A stretch of 64,000 bases of DNA, taken from positions 32,001 through 96,000 of the IMG/VR virus record IMGVR_UViG_3300027659_000011. One strand, written 5' to 3'. Shown piece by piece: positions 19,035 to 31,531 of the stretch. A program made the position numbers and the translations under genes. The notes under the pieces are model-generated. The model saw nothing but the letters and a program-made list of their open reading frames with translations, ran no database searches and was not told the origin of the DNA. This stretch comes from a virus. The first letter of the stretch is position 1. Each line of letters begins with the position of its first letter.

Positions 19035-19948
19035 CAACTTATGGATTTTTAGCTACAAATGGAAATAGTCAAGTACTAATATCAAGTAAGACAAAAAATT
19101 TACACTTTTTAGGTAAGGCAAAGTACGCATATGCTGCACAAGCTACAAATAGTTACGGTGGTATTAGACGTTTTGTTTATAGGATAAATTGTATTACAAC
19201 ACCAGTTCCTTTTTTTACTACACCTACTCCAGAAAGTTACGCAATTTTACGCATGACTTTAGTAGCAGCAGATACTTGGGAAATAGAAATAATTAAATCA
19301 GGTTACAGTGATGTAAAGCCAGAAGTTTATGTGTTTACAGAAGCCAATGGACAAATTACTCCAAATACTTCTTACGGTATGAAAGTATTAAATGAAACAT
19401 CTGGAGTAACTTATGATTCCAGACTTAGGCCTTTAATTGTAAAAGCCGGAGCATCTATATCTCAGCCATATGATCCAATCCCAAACGCACCTCCTCCAGG
19501 AGCATTAGATCCCTCAGAGTGTAGAACTGATGCCGGACCCTATCTTGCACCAACAGCTGCTACTAGCATAGGTATAACCAATGTAGCATCTTTAGTAAAA
19601 CCTATAGTAAATTATCAATCTATATCTCAAGCTCAAAGACAATTCTGGGTAAGTATGGTTTCAAAAACCGGATTCTTTGTTAGACAAACATATGTTCGCA
19701 GGAGCGATTACTGGGTATTTTGCAGAGGGGGAGTATCTATGGCACAAGTAGGATCTACTCTTAATGTAACCAGTGGTTGGGTAGCAGTAGATTACTCTTG
19801 TAATTGGACCTATTCAAAAGAAAGTTCGATTCTAGGTGTAGGTTTTGGTGCAAAAACTAGAACAGGCGGTACATGGCCTTTTGAAAATCAGTCAATAAAT
19901 ATGGATCCAGTAAGTTTTATAGTTTCTGACGGTGCCTTATATGATTAA
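19031..19948 (+). CDS. Tail-tip accessory protein
   Basis: MTTYGFLATNGNSQVLISS and YGMKVLNETSGVTYDSR motifs typical of proteins following gpJ; ATGA overlap. Confidence 0.5.
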   Translation: MTTYGFLATNGNSQVLISSKTKNLHFLGKAKYAYAAQATNSYGGIRRFVYRINCITTPVPFFTTPTPESYAILRMTLVAADTWEIEIIKSGYSDVKPEVYVFTEANGQITPNTSYGMKVLNETSGVTYDSRLRPLIVKAGASISQPYDPIPNAPPPGALDPSECRTDAGPYLAPTAATSIGITNVASLVKPIVNYQSISQAQRQFWVSMVSKTGFFVRQTYVRRSDYWVFCRGGVSMAQVGSTLNVTSGWVAVDYSCNWTYSKESSILGVGFGAKTRTGGTWPFENQSINMDPVSFIVSDGALYD

Positions 19949-20156
19949 ACCTTTTACTATTTTAGCAACCAAAGATGAACCGAATTTTGGAACTTTAGTA
20001 AGCTATACTATATCAGATAGAGCTTATGTAGACCAAGAAGATTATAAAGGTATACAAACTTCAGTGTTAACCTCTAGTGTATTAGTTCCGCACGGAGAAG
20101 ACATAGATACATATTTACTTAACTACTTAATACGATGTGAATGGATTAAGTTATGA
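19941..20156 (+). CDS. Hypothetical protein
   Basis: Small ORF coupled to both neighbours; start codon uncertain (19932 or 19941). Confidence 0.5.
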   Translation: MIKPFTILATKDEPNFGTLVSYTISDRAYVDQEDYKGIQTSVLTSSVLVPHGEDIDTYLLNYLIRCEWIKL

Positions 20157-20779
20157 ATTATTTGTCAGTAGAAACTTCAGAAGGCTTAGTAAAATATTAC
20201 TTAGCGGGTACTGAAAAATTCAAAGAAATAACCGCAATCGTAGAATCTAAATATAATAATTTGGGTTCTACTAAGTGGGAATTACTTAGTGAACCTACTT
20301 ATAATAGTATTTTAGAAGATCAAGTAGTAACTGCTATATATAAATCATCTAGCCCCTACTTAGATCATCTAGACCCTATTAAAGTAAGTCGAAAATATTT
20401 ATTAAATAAACAACATATTTATGAAAAAGTATATACACTTTTAACTGATATACCTTCTGAATTTGAACTACCAGAAAATTCTAAAGCATTAGCTAAAGGA
20501 TATTTACTAAATATTTACGGACAGCCTGGTGATGAAGATTATTCTAATTACATAGATATATACTTCTCATGTACGAACCATGCAAACGTAGAAGCTTTTG
20601 CAGAGAAAAAACTTACAGTTGGTAGTTATTCAAATTACTACTGTATAACTTTTAACGGTACTACTAAAGAACGATTAAAAGTAAAAAATTATTGTTTTGA
20701 TACACAAAATAGTTTATCAAACTGGGATGAATATTGGACCGCTGAGTGTGAAGATAGAAATATAGATATTTCTACATAG
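20153..20779 (+). CDS. Hypothetical protein
   Basis: 208-aa ORF with ATGA overlap; no recognisable motif. Confidence 0.55.
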   Translation: MNYLSVETSEGLVKYYLAGTEKFKEITAIVESKYNNLGSTKWELLSEPTYNSILEDQVVTAIYKSSSPYLDHLDPIKVSRKYLLNKQHIYEKVYTLLTDIPSEFELPENSKALAKGYLLNIYGQPGDEDYSNYIDIYFSCTNHANVEAFAEKKLTVGSYSNYYCITFNGTTKERLKVKNYCFDTQNSLSNWDEYWTAECEDRNIDIST

Positions 20780-20806
20780 CTTTCCTAAAATTTATAGAGG
20801 AATAAA

Positions 20807-21733
20807 ATGGCATCGAATAATCTTAGAATAATCTATAATAATATTCTAGATCTACCTACAACCATTATAACGGCATCAAGTAGCGCCACAGGCACTGCCA
20901 CATCCCTTAGTAATTTAAAGTTAGATTCTAAATCTCAAGTATGGAGATCAGCCACTACAGGAGTAGTAAACCCTAGTGGTTTATACACTACAAGAGTTAA
21001 TATAGTAGTGTCTTTTACCCAAGCTATTATAGGTGGCGTAATGTTACCTTTCTGTAACTTATCATCTGCTGCAAAAATCAGAGTTCGTGGGTATACAGGA
21101 ACAGCTCCCACAACTGGTGCAGCCACTAATACTCCTACCTCTGTGGCAGCAGGTACTTTAGTACATGATAGTACTAAAATATTTTCATGCCCTTATCAAA
21201 CTTTTGGCTTATGGAATTGGGGTAGTTTACCACTAGGAGTAAATAGTTATTCCTATGGCGGAGGAACTTATGGTAGAGTTTGGATGCCCACACAATTAGC
21301 TTGTACTAGTTTATTAATTGAGATAGAAGATACTGAGTGCCCTAATCCATACATAGAAATATCAAGGATTATTACTGGATCTTATTGGTCTCCTAAGTAC
21401 AATACTTCTTTCGGACTATCAACAGGTAGCCAAGATTTAAGTAAACATCAGCGTAGTGAGTCTGGTGACTTAATTACAAATAGAGGTATTCGTTATCGTA
21501 ACATGAGATTTGACTTAACATGGTTACCTCCAGAAGATAGACTAGAATTTACAAGAATACTTAGAGGAAATGGATTACCAAGACCTTTATTTATAAGTTT
21601 ATTTCCAAATAACTCAGAAGATTTTGAAAAAGAACAATCACATCAGATTTATGGAAAATTATCACAACTTTCTGATATAACACATCCTATTTTTGAAATC
21701 TACAGTACAAGTATTGACATAGAGGAGATTTAA
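20807..21733 (+). CDS. Distal-tail (Dit)-like / minor tail protein
   Basis: 308 aa; NLRIIYNN, SNLK..KSQVWRS, YIEISRIITGSYWSPKYN, RSESGDL...R.MRFDL motifs seen in siphovirus minor tail proteins; RBS GAGG. Confidence 0.5.
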   Translation: MASNNLRIIYNNILDLPTTIITASSSATGTATSLSNLKLDSKSQVWRSATTGVVNPSGLYTTRVNIVVSFTQAIIGGVMLPFCNLSSAAKIRVRGYTGTAPTTGAATNTPTSVAAGTLVHDSTKIFSCPYQTFGLWNWGSLPLGVNSYSYGGGTYGRVWMPTQLACTSLLIEIEDTECPNPYIEISRIITGSYWSPKYNTSFGLSTGSQDLSKHQRSESGDLITNRGIRYRNMRFDLTWLPPEDRLEFTRILRGNGLPRPLFISLFPNNSEDFEKEQSHQIYGKLSQLSDITHPIFEIYSTSIDIEEI

Positions 21734-24700
21734 ATGGCAACTCAGGCTTTTTATGTTGGCCAAAATGATTATTTAACAGCTCTAAATGTTTTATATGATG
21801 CCACCGTTAGTGGCGGCAAAGCGTTATTTAGTATTGGAGCTAATTCTCCTACTACTTCACCAACTGGTGGTATAAGCTATAATTCGTCTACAGGCGTATT
21901 TACTTTTATACCAAAAACCAATGAAATACCTACAATAGTAGGCCAGACAAATAAATACCTATTCACAAACGGATCCACAGTAAGTTGGGGAACAATTACC
22001 CCAACACCGCAAAGTAACTGGACCGCTATTACAGCTGCAACTGGTGCTATTCTTAATAAACCTAATTTTGCAACTGTAGCCACAACAGGTAATTACGCAG
22101 ATTTACTAAATAAACCCACAATAACTACCCTTACAGCTAGTGGTGGTGGTGCTTTATCTATTTTAGGTAATACATTTCGATTTACTCCTGCAGCAGTACC
22201 TACATATACTATTAACACAGCTACTCCTAATGGAAATGGTAGCTTAACTCTAACAGGTAGTGTTTTTACATTTACTCCTCCAGTTATTCAAAGTTCTTAT
22301 AGTTTACCTACCGCAAACACAGCTTTGTTAGGCGGTGTAAAAATTGATGGTATAAGCATTAAGATTACAGCAACTGGAGTAATTTCTGGATTTTCTGGTA
22401 ACTATGCAGATCTAATAAATAAACCAACAATACCAGCAGCACAAGTTCCCTCAGATTGGAACGCAACTTTTGGTGCTGCGCAAATATTAAATAAACCAGT
22501 AATACCAAGTATTACTGGTTTAGCACCTTTATTAAACCCTACTTTTACAGGTACTCCAACAGCACCTACAGCTAGTTTAGCTACTAATAGCACACAGATT
22601 GCTACAACAGCATATGTGAGAGGTGAAATTAATGCATTAGCAGCTAGTGCCAATTCAGCACTAGACACTTTAAATGAATTAGCTGCTGCATTAGGAAATG
22701 ATGCAAATTTTGCTAATACAGTTACTAATCAGCTAGCTTTAAAAGCACCTCTTGCTTCGCCTAATTTTACTGGTACGGTTGACTTTTCTGGAACATCCGC
22801 AGTAACTGGTTTAACTAAAGCAATGGTTGGGCTAGGTAATGTTACTAATGAGAGCAAAGCTACAATGTTCACAGCCCCTGTATTTACAGGGGCAACAACA
22901 GTAAGTGGACATATAGTACCTAGCACAAATATTGCATATGATCTTGGTTCTGTAACAAATAAATTTAGATCCTTATATTTAAGTAATAATACAATTTACT
23001 TAGATGGTTATTCAATTAGTGTTTCTGCTACAGGATCATTACTTATTACCGATACTGCAACTCCAAATTCTGTTCCAGTAGAAGTAGCAAGTGTTGCAGC
23101 AGTAACAGCAGCAATATCCACTAGCGTTGGTAATGTTACTAACGAGAGTAAAGCAATTATGTTTACTAATCCTACATTTACTGGTACAGTAAGTGGGGTT
23201 ACTGCGGGAATGGTAGGTTTAGGAAATGTTACTAACGAGAGTAAGGCTACTATGTTTAGTAACCCTACTTTTACTGGTACGGTAACTGGTATTACCTCTA
23301 CGATGGTAGGTTTAGGCAATGTTACTAACGAGAGTAAGGCTACTATGTTTAGTAACCCTACTTTTACCGGCACAGTAAGTGGTATTACTCCTGCAATGCT
23401 TGCCTTAGAAAATGTTGATAATACATCAGATTTAAACAAACCTATATCTACAGCAGTACAATCAGCCTTAGATAATATTGCTATTACCATTAATAGTATA
23501 GATATAGTAGGATTATCTAATATAGTATCTACTAAAGCTGCTATAGATAGCCCTACTTTTACTGGTACAGTGGGAGGTATTACTTCCGTAATGGTTGGCT
23601 TAGGTAATGTAGACAATACTTCAGATCTAAATAAACCACTTTCTACAGCAACAATAGCAGCTATAGCCGTAGAAACTGCAAGAGCTCAAGCTGCAGAATC
23701 CGCTTTTGTAACTAGTGATAATCCTACTTTTACCGGCACAATAAATGGCATAACTAAAGCAATGATAGGATTGTCTAATGCAGACAATACATCAGATTTA
23801 AATAAGCCTATATCTACTGCTACTCAATCAGCCATAACTGCAGAAGAACAAAGAGCACTAGCTGCAGAAGCATTATTAGCCCCACTATTAAATCCTACAT
23901 TTACAGGTGTAGTAAGTGGTATAACTAAATTAATGGTAGGTTTAGGCAATGCAGATAATACATCAGATTTAGCTAAACCAGTATCGACAGCGACCCAAAT
24001 AGCAATAACAGTAGAAAGTATAAGAGCACAAGCAGCAGAAGCATTACTAGCACCTTTAGCTAGTCCTACATTTACTGGTACAGTAAGTGGCATTACTTCT
24101 GCAATGGTTGGTTTAGGTAATGTTACTAATGAGAGTAAAGCCACTATGTTTACTAGTCCTGTATTCACAGGCACAGTAAGTGGTGTTACCTCTACAATGG
24201 TAGGATTAGGTAATGTTACTAATCAGAGTAAAGCTACTATGTTTACTAGCCCTGTATTCACAGGCACAGTAAGTGGCATTACTTCCGCAATGGTTGGTTT
24301 AGGCAATGTAGATGATACTTCAGATCTAAACAAGCCAGTATCAGTAGCTACACAAGCCTCCATTATAGCCGAAACAAATAGAGCACTAGCAGCAGAAGCA
24401 TTATTAGCTCCTATATCTACTACCTATACCAAAACTGAAGTAGATTTAATGGTTAGCCAAGTTAGTTTACTAACTCCTGGTTTAATAGCTAATATTACTC
24501 AACTAACAGGATATTTAAACGATAATGCTATATCTATAGGAGATATTGTAACTAGTTTAAATGGTAAAGCTCCAATATACAGCCCTACTTTTACAGGTAC
24601 AGTAGCTGGTATTACTAAAGCGATGGTTGGACTATCAGATGTAGATAATACTTCAGATGCAAATAAACCAATATCCGTAGCTACTCAAGCAGCTATAGAT

Positions 24701-27700
24701 GCAGAAATAAGTAGAGCGCAAACAGTAGAAGCATTATTAGCAACTAAAGCCAACCCTACTTTTACTGGTGTAATAACTGGTATCACTAAAGCTACTGTAG
24801 GATTAGAGAATGTAGATAATACATCTGATTTAGACAAGCCGGTATCTACAGCAACCGCTACAGCTATTGCTGTAGAACGTGATAGAGCTTTGGCAGCAGA
24901 AGCAGGTTTTGTAAGTAAAGATAACCCAGTATTTACTGGAACAGCTTCAGGTCTAAATAAAACTACTATAGGTTTAGGAAATGTAGATAATACATCAGAC
25001 CAAGATAAGCCTGTATCAACAGCAACAGCAACAGCTATAGCCTTTGAAGCTACAAGAGCACAAGCAGCAGAACTTTTATTAGCAGCTAAAGCTACTACAT
25101 ATACTAAATCAGAAGTAGATGCAAAAATTGTAGAAATTGGGGCTATTCCTACAGGATTAGTAGATACACTTGCAGGTCTTGCCCCTAAAATTTCTCCTAT
25201 ATTAACAGGAATACCCTCAGTACCAACAGCAAGTTTAGAAACTCAATTAGATGTACAAAACATTACTGTTACAGCAGGTATAGCTACAGTAAATTTTGCT
25301 AGTTTAATTATACCTCCTTTTACTGTAGGTTCTAGCATAACTCTTGTTGGATTTGTTCCGGCCCAAACAACTAGTCCAGTTAATAATGTAAATTCAACAT
25401 TTACAGTATTAAGTTGCAATGCAACAAATTTAACATTTGCTTTAACAGGCACATACACTAATACAACCTTAGGGGGCATTAGTGGTATTAATCGTTCCAA
25501 TCAGATCGCTAACTTAGCATATGTAAGTGCAAAAATTGATGCTGTACTTAGTTCCGGCCCTGGTGCTTTAGATACACTAAACGAATTAGCTGCAGCTTTA
25601 GGCAACGATGCCAATTTTTCTACTACAGTACTTAATGCATTAGCCCTAAAAGCACCCTTAGCTAATCCTAGTTTTACGGGCACAGTAAGTGGTATTACTA
25701 AATCAATGGTTGGTCTAGGTAATGTTGATAATACCTCAGATGCAAATAAACCAGTATCTGTAGCAACGGCAGCAGCCATAGCCGCTGTAACAAGTTCGGC
25801 TTCCTTAACAGGATCAGTTGATTTTTCAAATGCTACTTCAGTAACTGGATTAACTAAAACTACTGTTGGTTTAGGCAATGTTGATAATACTTCAGATGCA
25901 AATAAACCAGTATCTACAGCACAACAAACAGCCTTAAACTTAAAAGCTAACATAGCGTCTCCAACCTTTACAGGTACCGTAAGTGGAATTACTTCCGCAA
26001 TGGTTGGTTTAGGTAATGTAGAAAATTTAAATAGAGCTTCTTTATTTACAAGCCCTACAATTACTGGAGTTTTATCTGTATCTGGAACAACTTCTGGGTC
26101 TGTTAGAATTCAAGCTCAACCAGACGCTGGTTCAGCAATTTATACGCTACCAGCAACAGCACCATCATCAGATGGTTATGTTTTAAGCAGTAATACTTCA
26201 GGATTACTAAGCTGGGCAGCACCTGGATCAGGTCCATCAGGCGCCTCAGGCGCTCAAGGTGGAGCAGGTTATCAAGGTGCCACAGGACCACAAGGTGCCA
26301 GTGGATATATTGGAAGTGATGGAGCTACAGGTGCCGCAGGTTCAAATGGAGCTACAGGTGCTTCAGGTATTCAAGGTCCACAAGGCCTTCAAGGTGCCAC
26401 AGGTATGGGAGCATCTGGAGGTGCGGGATACAATGGTGCTACAGGTCAGGCCGGGTATCAAGGTGCTACAGGTGTAGGCTTTCAAGGAGAATCAGGTGGA
26501 CCAGGGTATACTGGTGCTACAGGAGCTACTGGATATCAAGGTGCTACAGGTATTCAAGGTGCTACAGGTATTGGATATGCCGGAGCACCAGGATCAACCG
26601 GTCCTAAGCGTGAAACCATAGTTTATGAGTTAACAGGCTTCGAAATGCGAGGAGGTATTGTAACACCAGCAATGTATACTACTCCTGACCCTATATTACG
26701 TATTAGAACATTTAATGATGGTAATTATCTTACTTTCACTGATGGTGTTAATGGCAGTGGTGCTCTGGGCGTAGATCCTTGGAAAGCGCAATTTTATATT
26801 GGTTTAAGTGGTAGTTTAAAATTTAATTTAATATCACTTAACATTAATACAGGCAGTGGTACACACATAGTATACGTTAAACTATATAACTATGTAACAG
26901 CTACTTTTATACCTTTTGGAAGTGTTCAGTCTCCGGGCGGGTTTAACCAGTTTGCAATAGAAGTACTAGACTACAACAGTTATAGAAGTATAGATGGTAC
27001 AATACTAATCGAGCTAAGCCATTCTAGCGAAACTACTGCAAATACTACTCAACTTGAATATCTAACCTTAGCAGATTCAGTTCAAGGCGCACCAGGTAAA
27101 ACAGGTGCTACAGGAGCCTCAGGACTACAAGGTGTATCAGGATATCAAGGCAGTTCAGGTGTTACAGGTTATCAAGGTGCAACAGGTATTGGATACGCTG
27201 GTGAAGCAGGTCCTTCTGGTGGCCAAGGCTATGATGGTGCTACAGGTGCTACAGGATTACCAGGAGCTACCGGTGCAACAGGTACTGCAGGTCCTACAGG
27301 ACTAACTGGTACTACAGGTGCATCAGGTCTACAAGGCTCAACAGGTGTAACTGGATTTACAGGAACTACAGGAGCTTCAGGTGTTCAAGGTTATGTAGGA
27401 GCAACTGGATATGGTTATCAAGGTTCAACTGGTCTTGATGGATTAAATGGAGCCACAGGAGCCAGTGGAGCCACAGGTTATCAAGGAGCAACAGGTGTTG
27501 GTGGTATAGGTGCCACAGGTTATCAAGGTGCTACAGGTATTAAAGGTGATTCAGGATTAGGTTTTGCAATAGCAAAAAGTTACCTATCAGTAGCCGCACT
27601 TAATGCAGATACTAGCCCAACTGGTATTGTAGCAGGACAATTTGCTATAATTGAAACCACTAGTACTGATAATCCTGAAAATTCAAGATTATACTTATGG

Positions 27701-29854
27701 AATGGTACTACATATTCTTATGTATCAGATCTATCAGGTGCACAAGGTATAACAGGACCACAAGGCTATATAGGTGCTACAGGTAGTTCAGGTTTTCAAG
27801 GTGCTACAGGTATGGGAGCATCTGGTGGTGCGGGTTATCAAGGAGCAACAGGTAGTTCTGGTGTTACAGGTTATCAAGGTGCAACAGGTAGTTCAGGTAT
27901 TCAAGGATTACAGGGGGCAACTGGTTTAGGTGCTACAGGTGTAACAGGAGTTCAAGGTGCTACAGGAGTTCAAGGTGCTACTGGTCAAGGTGCAACAGGT
28001 GGTCCAGGATATCAAGGTGCTACTGGTACAATAGGAGCAACTGGTACAATAGGAGCAACTGGTAGTTCAGGTATTCAAGGCTTACAAGGAGCAACTGGTA
28101 TAGGTGCTACAGGTGGTCAAGGATATGATGGAGCTACAGGCTTTCAAGGAGCTACCGGATTAGGTGCTACAGGAGGACTAGGTTATCAGGGTGCTACAGG
28201 ATACGAAGGTGCTACAGGTATTCAAGGTACAATAGGAGCTACAGGAGCCACAGGTTCTGGAGCAACAGGTGCTTCAGGAGCAACAGGATTTACAGGAGCC
28301 ACTGGTGCTTCAGGTGTTACAGGTTATCAAGGTGCTACAGGAGTTCAAGGTGCAACAGGTGCAGGTGCTACAGGTGCTTCAGGTGTAACAGGTTATCAAG
28401 GTGCTACAGGTACTATAGGTGCTACAGGAGCATCAGGATTAAGAGGATCTACAGGTCTAGGAGCAACAGGTACTATAGGTAGTACAGGTGCATCAGGTCT
28501 ACAAGGTGCTACAGGCTATCAAGGTGCTACCGGCTCAGGTGCCACAGGTGCTTCAGGTGCTACTGGATATCAAGGTAGTTCAGGTGCTACAGGTTATCAA
28601 GGCACGACAGGTGTTACAGGGTATACAGGAGCTACTGGTTCAGGTGCTACAGGTGTTACAGGATATCAAGGTGCTACAGGTGCCTCAGGTGTTATAGGTA
28701 CAATAGGAGCAACAGGAGCTACTGGCTCAGGAGCTACAGGTGCTTCAGGCTATCAAGGTGCTTCAGGTGCTACAGGTACAATAGGAGCAACAGGAGCCTC
28801 AGGACTACAAGGTGCTACAGGTGCTGGTGCTACAGGAGCTAGTGGTGCTACAGGATATCAAGGTGCTACAGGTGCTTCAGGTGTTACTGGATATCAAGGT
28901 GCTACTGGCTCAGGAGCTACAGGTGCCTCAGGTTTAGACGGTATTGCTGGTCCTACAGGTGCTACAGGTGCTACAGGTATTGGATATAATCCACTTACTT
29001 CTACAACTACAGTAACTGTATCTACAGGATCTAAAACCTTTATAGTTAATAGAGATACTAGTCAGTCAGCTTTTGCAGTTGGTCAGTATGTAAGAATGAC
29101 TGGAACCGGACAAACTATTAATGGAGTTTATTCTAATGTTTTAGAAGGTGTTATAACCAGTTACTCAGGTATTACTTTAGTAATAAATGCCAGTACAGTA
29201 ATAAGTTCATCAGATGCCTCTGCTACACCTTGGAGTATAACTGCAGCAGCTCCAGCAGGAGCAACAGGTTCTGCTCAATTAATAGAATCAGCCACTGCTC
29301 CAGTTAATCCAACCGATGGATTAATGTGGTTAAGCACTAATACTGGTACTCTTAATATCTATTATGCACCAGAAGAAGTTTGGTTAGCGTATTCAGGAGG
29401 CGTACCTCCTACTCCAGCAACACTTAATAATGTTACTAATGAAAGTAAAGCTACTATGTTTAGTAGTCCTACTTTTACAGGTACTGTTAACTTACAAGCA
29501 ACTTCAGAAAAATATACTCCAGCCACTATAGTTTCACAAGCAGTAACTTTAAACTATAACGCAGGAGCGATTTTCTCCCTAGCTAGTTCAACAACTAACA
29601 TAACACTTAACTTTGTTAATGTTCCAGAAGGTCAGTATATAGCTACTGCAGTTAGTTTGATTATTACACAGGGGTCTATATCCTATATCCCAAATAACAT
29701 AACAATTAATGGTTCATCTCAAACACTGTTATGGCAAAATCAAGTACCTCCAATAGCAACACCATATAAAACAGAATTAGTAACTCTTGTATTTATAGGT
29801 ACTGCAACAAGTAATATTTGGACAGTACTAGGTAACTTAACAACTTATGGATAA
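21734..29854 (+). CDS. Giant tail fibre with [15 protein letters not shown] repeats and collagen-like G-X-Y regions (2706 aa)
   Basis: Many [19 protein letters not shown](D/T)N repeats; two [18 protein letters not shown] phage-fibre motifs; long GAT/GAS/GYQ triplet tracts. Confidence 0.8.
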   Translation: MATQAFYVGQNDYLTALNVLYDATVSGGKALFSIGANSPTTSPTGGISYNSSTGVFTFIPKTNEIPTIVGQTNKYLFTNGSTVSWGTITPTPQSNWTAITAATGAILNKPNFATVATTGNYADLLNKPTITTLTASGGGALSILGNTFRFTPAAVPTYTINTATPNGNGSLTLTGSVFTFTPPVIQSSYSLPTANTALLGGVKIDGISIKITATGVISGFSGNYADLINKPTIPAAQVPSDWNATFGAAQILNKPVIPSITGLAPLLNPTFTGTPTAPTASLATNSTQIATTAYVRGEINALAASANSALDTLNELAAALGNDANFANTVTNQLALKAPLASPNFTGTVDFSGTSAVTGLTKAMVGLGNVTNESKATMFTAPVFTGATTVSGHIVPSTNIAYDLGSVTNKFRSLYLSNNTIYLDGYSISVSATGSLLITDTATPNSVPVEVASVAAVTAAISTSVGNVTNESKAIMFTNPTFTGTVSGVTAGMVGLGNVTNESKATMFSNPTFTGTVTGITSTMVGLGNVTNESKATMFSNPTFTGTVSGITPAMLALENVDNTSDLNKPISTAVQSALDNIAITINSIDIVGLSNIVSTKAAIDSPTFTGTVGGITSVMVGLGNVDNTSDLNKPLSTATIAAIAVETARAQAAESAFVTSDNPTFTGTINGITKAMIGLSNADNTSDLNKPISTATQSAITAEEQRALAAEALLAPLLNPTFTGVVSGITKLMVGLGNADNTSDLAKPVSTATQIAITVESIRAQAAEALLAPLASPTFTGTVSGITSAMVGLGNVTNESKATMFTSPVFTGTVSGVTSTMVGLGNVTNQSKATMFTSPVFTGTVSGITSAMVGLGNVDDTSDLNKPVSVATQASIIAETNRALAAEALLAPISTTYTKTEVDLMVSQVSLLTPGLIANITQLTGYLNDNAISIGDIVTSLNGKAPIYSPTFTGTVAGITKAMVGLSDVDNTSDANKPISVATQAAIDAEISRAQTVEALLATKANPTFTGVITGITKATVGLENVDNTSDLDKPVSTATATAIAVERDRALAAEAGFVSKDNPVFTGTASGLNKTTIGLGNVDNTSDQDKPVSTATATAIAFEATRAQAAELLLAAKATTYTKSEVDAKIVEIGAIPTGLVDTLAGLAPKISPILTGIPSVPTASLETQLDVQNITVTAGIATVNFASLIIPPFTVGSSITLVGFVPAQTTSPVNNVNSTFTVLSCNATNLTFALTGTYTNTTLGGISGINRSNQIANLAYVSAKIDAVLSSGPGALDTLNELAAALGNDANFSTTVLNALALKAPLANPSFTGTVSGITKSMVGLGNVDNTSDANKPVSVATAAAIAAVTSSASLTGSVDFSNATSVTGLTKTTVGLGNVDNTSDANKPVSTAQQTALNLKANIASPTFTGTVSGITSAMVGLGNVENLNRASLFTSPTITGVLSVSGTTSGSVRIQAQPDAGSAIYTLPATAPSSDGYVLSSNTSGLLSWAAPGSGPSGASGAQGGAGYQGATGPQGASGYIGSDGATGAAGSNGATGASGIQGPQGLQGATGMGASGGAGYNGATGQAGYQGATGVGFQGESGGPGYTGATGATGYQGATGIQGATGIGYAGAPGSTGPKRETIVYELTGFEMRGGIVTPAMYTTPDPILRIRTFNDGNYLTFTDGVNGSGALGVDPWKAQFYIGLSGSLKFNLISLNINTGSGTHIVYVKLYNYVTATFIPFGSVQSPGGFNQFAIEVLDYNSYRSIDGTILIELSHSSETTANTTQLEYLTLADSVQGAPGKTGATGASGLQGVSGYQGSSGVTGYQGATGIGYAGEAGPSGGQGYDGATGATGLPGATGATGTAGPTGLTGTTGASGLQGSTGVTGFTGTTGASGVQGYVGATGYGYQGSTGLDGLNGATGASGATGYQGATGVGGIGATGYQGATGIKGDSGLGFAIAKSYLSVAALNADTSPTGIVAGQFAIIETTSTDNPENSRLYLWNGTTYSYVSDLSGAQGITGPQGYIGATGSSGFQGATGMGASGGAGYQGATGSSGVTGYQGATGSSGIQGLQGATGLGATGVTGVQGATGVQGATGQGATGGPGYQGATGTIGATGTIGATGSSGIQGLQGATGIGATGGQGYDGATGFQGATGLGATGGLGYQGATGYEGATGIQGTIGATGATGSGATGASGATGFTGATGASGVTGYQGATGVQGATGAGATGASGVTGYQGATGTIGATGASGLRGSTGLGATGTIGSTGASGLQGATGYQGATGSGATGASGATGYQGSSGATGYQGTTGVTGYTGATGSGATGVTGYQGATGASGVIGTIGATGATGSGATGASGYQGASGATGTIGATGASGLQGATGAGATGASGATGYQGATGASGVTGYQGATGSGATGASGLDGIAGPTGATGATGIGYNPLTSTTTVTVSTGSKTFIVNRDTSQSAFAVGQYVRMTGTGQTINGVYSNVLEGVITSYSGITLVINASTVISSSDASATPWSITAAAPAGATGSAQLIESATAPVNPTDGLMWLSTNTGTLNIYYAPEEVWLAYSGGVPPTPATLNNVTNESKATMFSSPTFTGTVNLQATSEKYTPATIVSQAVTLNYNAGAIFSLASSTTNITLNFVNVPEGQYIATAVSLIITQGSISYIPNNITINGSSQTLLWQNQVPPIATPYKTELVTLVFIGTATSNIWTVLGNLTTYG
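22740..26070 (+). repeat. Coding repeat array (core 93 bp / 31 aa plus longer variants) in giant fibre
   Basis: e.g. aatgttactaacgagagtaaggctactatgtttagtaaccctacttttac at 23225 and 23318; [11 protein letters not shown] and [15 protein letters not shown] variants recur. Confidence 0.85.
26225..28985 (+). repeat. Collagen-like low-complexity repeat (ggtgctaca-type 9-mers), interrupted by two globular inserts
   Basis: Repeated GGTGCTACA / GGTTATCAA encoding GAT / GYQ triplets. Confidence 0.9.
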
Positions 29855-29856
29855 AA

Positions 29857-31017
29857 ATGCCTAGAATATCATCACTAATCACTAAGGGGTTTAATACTCC
29901 TTATGTAGTGCCAGATTACTGGCATATTCCTCAAGGTGCAATTATTATGTATTCTGGAAGCTCAGTACCTAGTCTAACAGGTTGGACTAGGTACTCTGCA
30001 GCAGACGGAAAATTTATAAAAGGCACTGCAACACAGTCTGAAATAGGTACAGTAACACCAAATAATAACGATCAGCTAGGTGCCGGCGGAACAACTACAG
30101 GTAGTGCTGGGTATCACTCAGGCCCTTTAACTATAGTTAAAGAAAACGGCATCGCTAATCCACAAAATTCAACAGTAATGTCATATACTCTAGGTGGGGG
30201 CAGTCACGCACATTCTTTGTTCTATAGCCTAGGTGCCGGAACTGATTTAAATCCTCCAAGTACAGACTATATATTATTAGAAGCTACTCAGGATCAAGAA
30301 TATTTTCCTGCTAATGCAATAATTAGTAAAGCTACTCAAATAACAGGAAGTACAAAAGAGTTATCAATAAATCAAAACAGATATATAAGAGGTGGATCAA
30401 CATATGCTAATAACTATGCTACACAGCGTAGTATATCTGGATTTACTGATCAACAAGGTAGTCACACTCATGGACCAACAAGTTTTCTTGGAAGTACTTT
30501 TGCTAGTGGAACAAATACCTTAGCTTTTAGAGCTGAAAATAGCAGTTCAGGATTATCTCACTCGCACAGCCTTTCCGGAACCATAACGGGTGCTACACTT
30601 CTAGGAACGTTACTAAAACTCTGGAAATTAGGTTCTAAAATGACTGCTGAAGATAACATAATAGTTATGTATACAGGTAATATTGCTAATTTGCCTAGTT
30701 ATTGGAAAGTATGTAATGGTAGTAATGGTACACCAAATATGGTAGACTTTTTTCTTGGATATTCAAGTGATGAGAATACTGCTCATAATACTTATACTCC
30801 TTATAGCGCACCATTTAGTTCAGGAGGTCTAAGTACTGAAGCATGGACTCATTATCATACTAGTGGTCAGGCTTTTAGATTTGGTACTGACACCGCCTAC
30901 TATCACAGTAGTTTTAGTATGTTTCATTCACATACTTTCTCTAATCCTAATGTTGTAATGTTCCAACCCGACGAAATAAAGTTGTGTTTTATTCAACTTA
31001 CTAAAACCTTATATTAA
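29857..31017 (+). CDS. Tail-collar-domain fibre protein with HxH motifs
   Basis: Two collar-like segments (IPQGAIIMYSG...GW; IIVMYTGNIANLPSYWKVCNGSNGTPNM) and several HxH motifs (HAH, HTH, HSH, HYH). Confidence 0.7.
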   Translation: MPRISSLITKGFNTPYVVPDYWHIPQGAIIMYSGSSVPSLTGWTRYSAADGKFIKGTATQSEIGTVTPNNNDQLGAGGTTTGSAGYHSGPLTIVKENGIANPQNSTVMSYTLGGGSHAHSLFYSLGAGTDLNPPSTDYILLEATQDQEYFPANAIISKATQITGSTKELSINQNRYIRGGSTYANNYATQRSISGFTDQQGSHTHGPTSFLGSTFASGTNTLAFRAENSSSGLSHSHSLSGTITGATLLGTLLKLWKLGSKMTAEDNIIVMYTGNIANLPSYWKVCNGSNGTPNMVDFFLGYSSDENTAHNTYTPYSAPFSSGGLSTEAWTHYHTSGQAFRFGTDTAYYHSSFSMFHSHTFSNPNVVMFQPDEIKLCFIQLTKTLY

Positions 31018-31018
31018 T

Positions 31019-31528
31019 ATGATACATGAATATATACAAATAGATACCTATAATGACACTGCTAGTTGTAGACTTAATGGCATAACTTGCAGTTTTTCAA
31101 GCGCTACTGAGTTTATTACAGCTATTGGTTTCCCTTTTCAAGTAGGCTTATTAAATTGGGAGCCTACTAGATCCCATTGGATAATAGAAAGATTAGGTAC
31201 TCCACCAACTGTTGTTAGTGGTAGTACTTTAGTAGAGATGATATGGTTAGACGACAATAAATCTGCTATTACAGAATATTGTAGACAATATCACGAAAAA
31301 CTACCAAAACCTTACGAAGTAACTTTAAGGGATGTTAGAGATGGTACTTTATATATGACTGATTGGGTACTACAACGTCGTCAAGAAGAACAACTTTTAA
31401 ACTTACCACTAACTTTAACACAAGAAAAGTTTCAAGAAGTATTAATGTATAGGCAAGCATTAAGAGACATGACAAATACATACACTAGTCTAGATACTGC
31501 TGTGTGGCCTGTTAGCCCATTGGAGTAA
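31019..31528 (+). CDS. Tail fibre assembly chaperone
   Basis: C-terminal RDGTLYMTDW...YRQALRDMT...WP motif of fibre-assembly chaperones; follows collar fibre. Confidence 0.7.
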   Translation: MIHEYIQIDTYNDTASCRLNGITCSFSSATEFITAIGFPFQVGLLNWEPTRSHWIIERLGTPPTVVSGSTLVEMIWLDDNKSAITEYCRQYHEKLPKPYEVTLRDVRDGTLYMTDWVLQRRQEEQLLNLPLTLTQEKFQEVLMYRQALRDMTNTYTSLDTAVWPVSPLE

Positions 31529-31531
31529 TAT

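Noticed and set aside
21877-25953. Many minus-strand ORFs (also 13837-14085, 38294-39192, 39443-41242, 46194-46515 and others)
   Set aside because: Antisense shadows of Thr/Gly/Ala-rich or repetitive + strand genes; no RBS or independent motifs
26259-28697. Alternative-frame + strand ORFs rich in VLQV (also 38392-38598, 39076-39261)
   Set aside because: Frame-shifted readings of the ggtgctaca collagen repeats
22740-28985. Repeat arrays resembling a CRISPR array
   Set aside because: Repeats are degenerate at third codon positions, in frame within one ORF, lack unique spacers of constant length, and no cas genes are present
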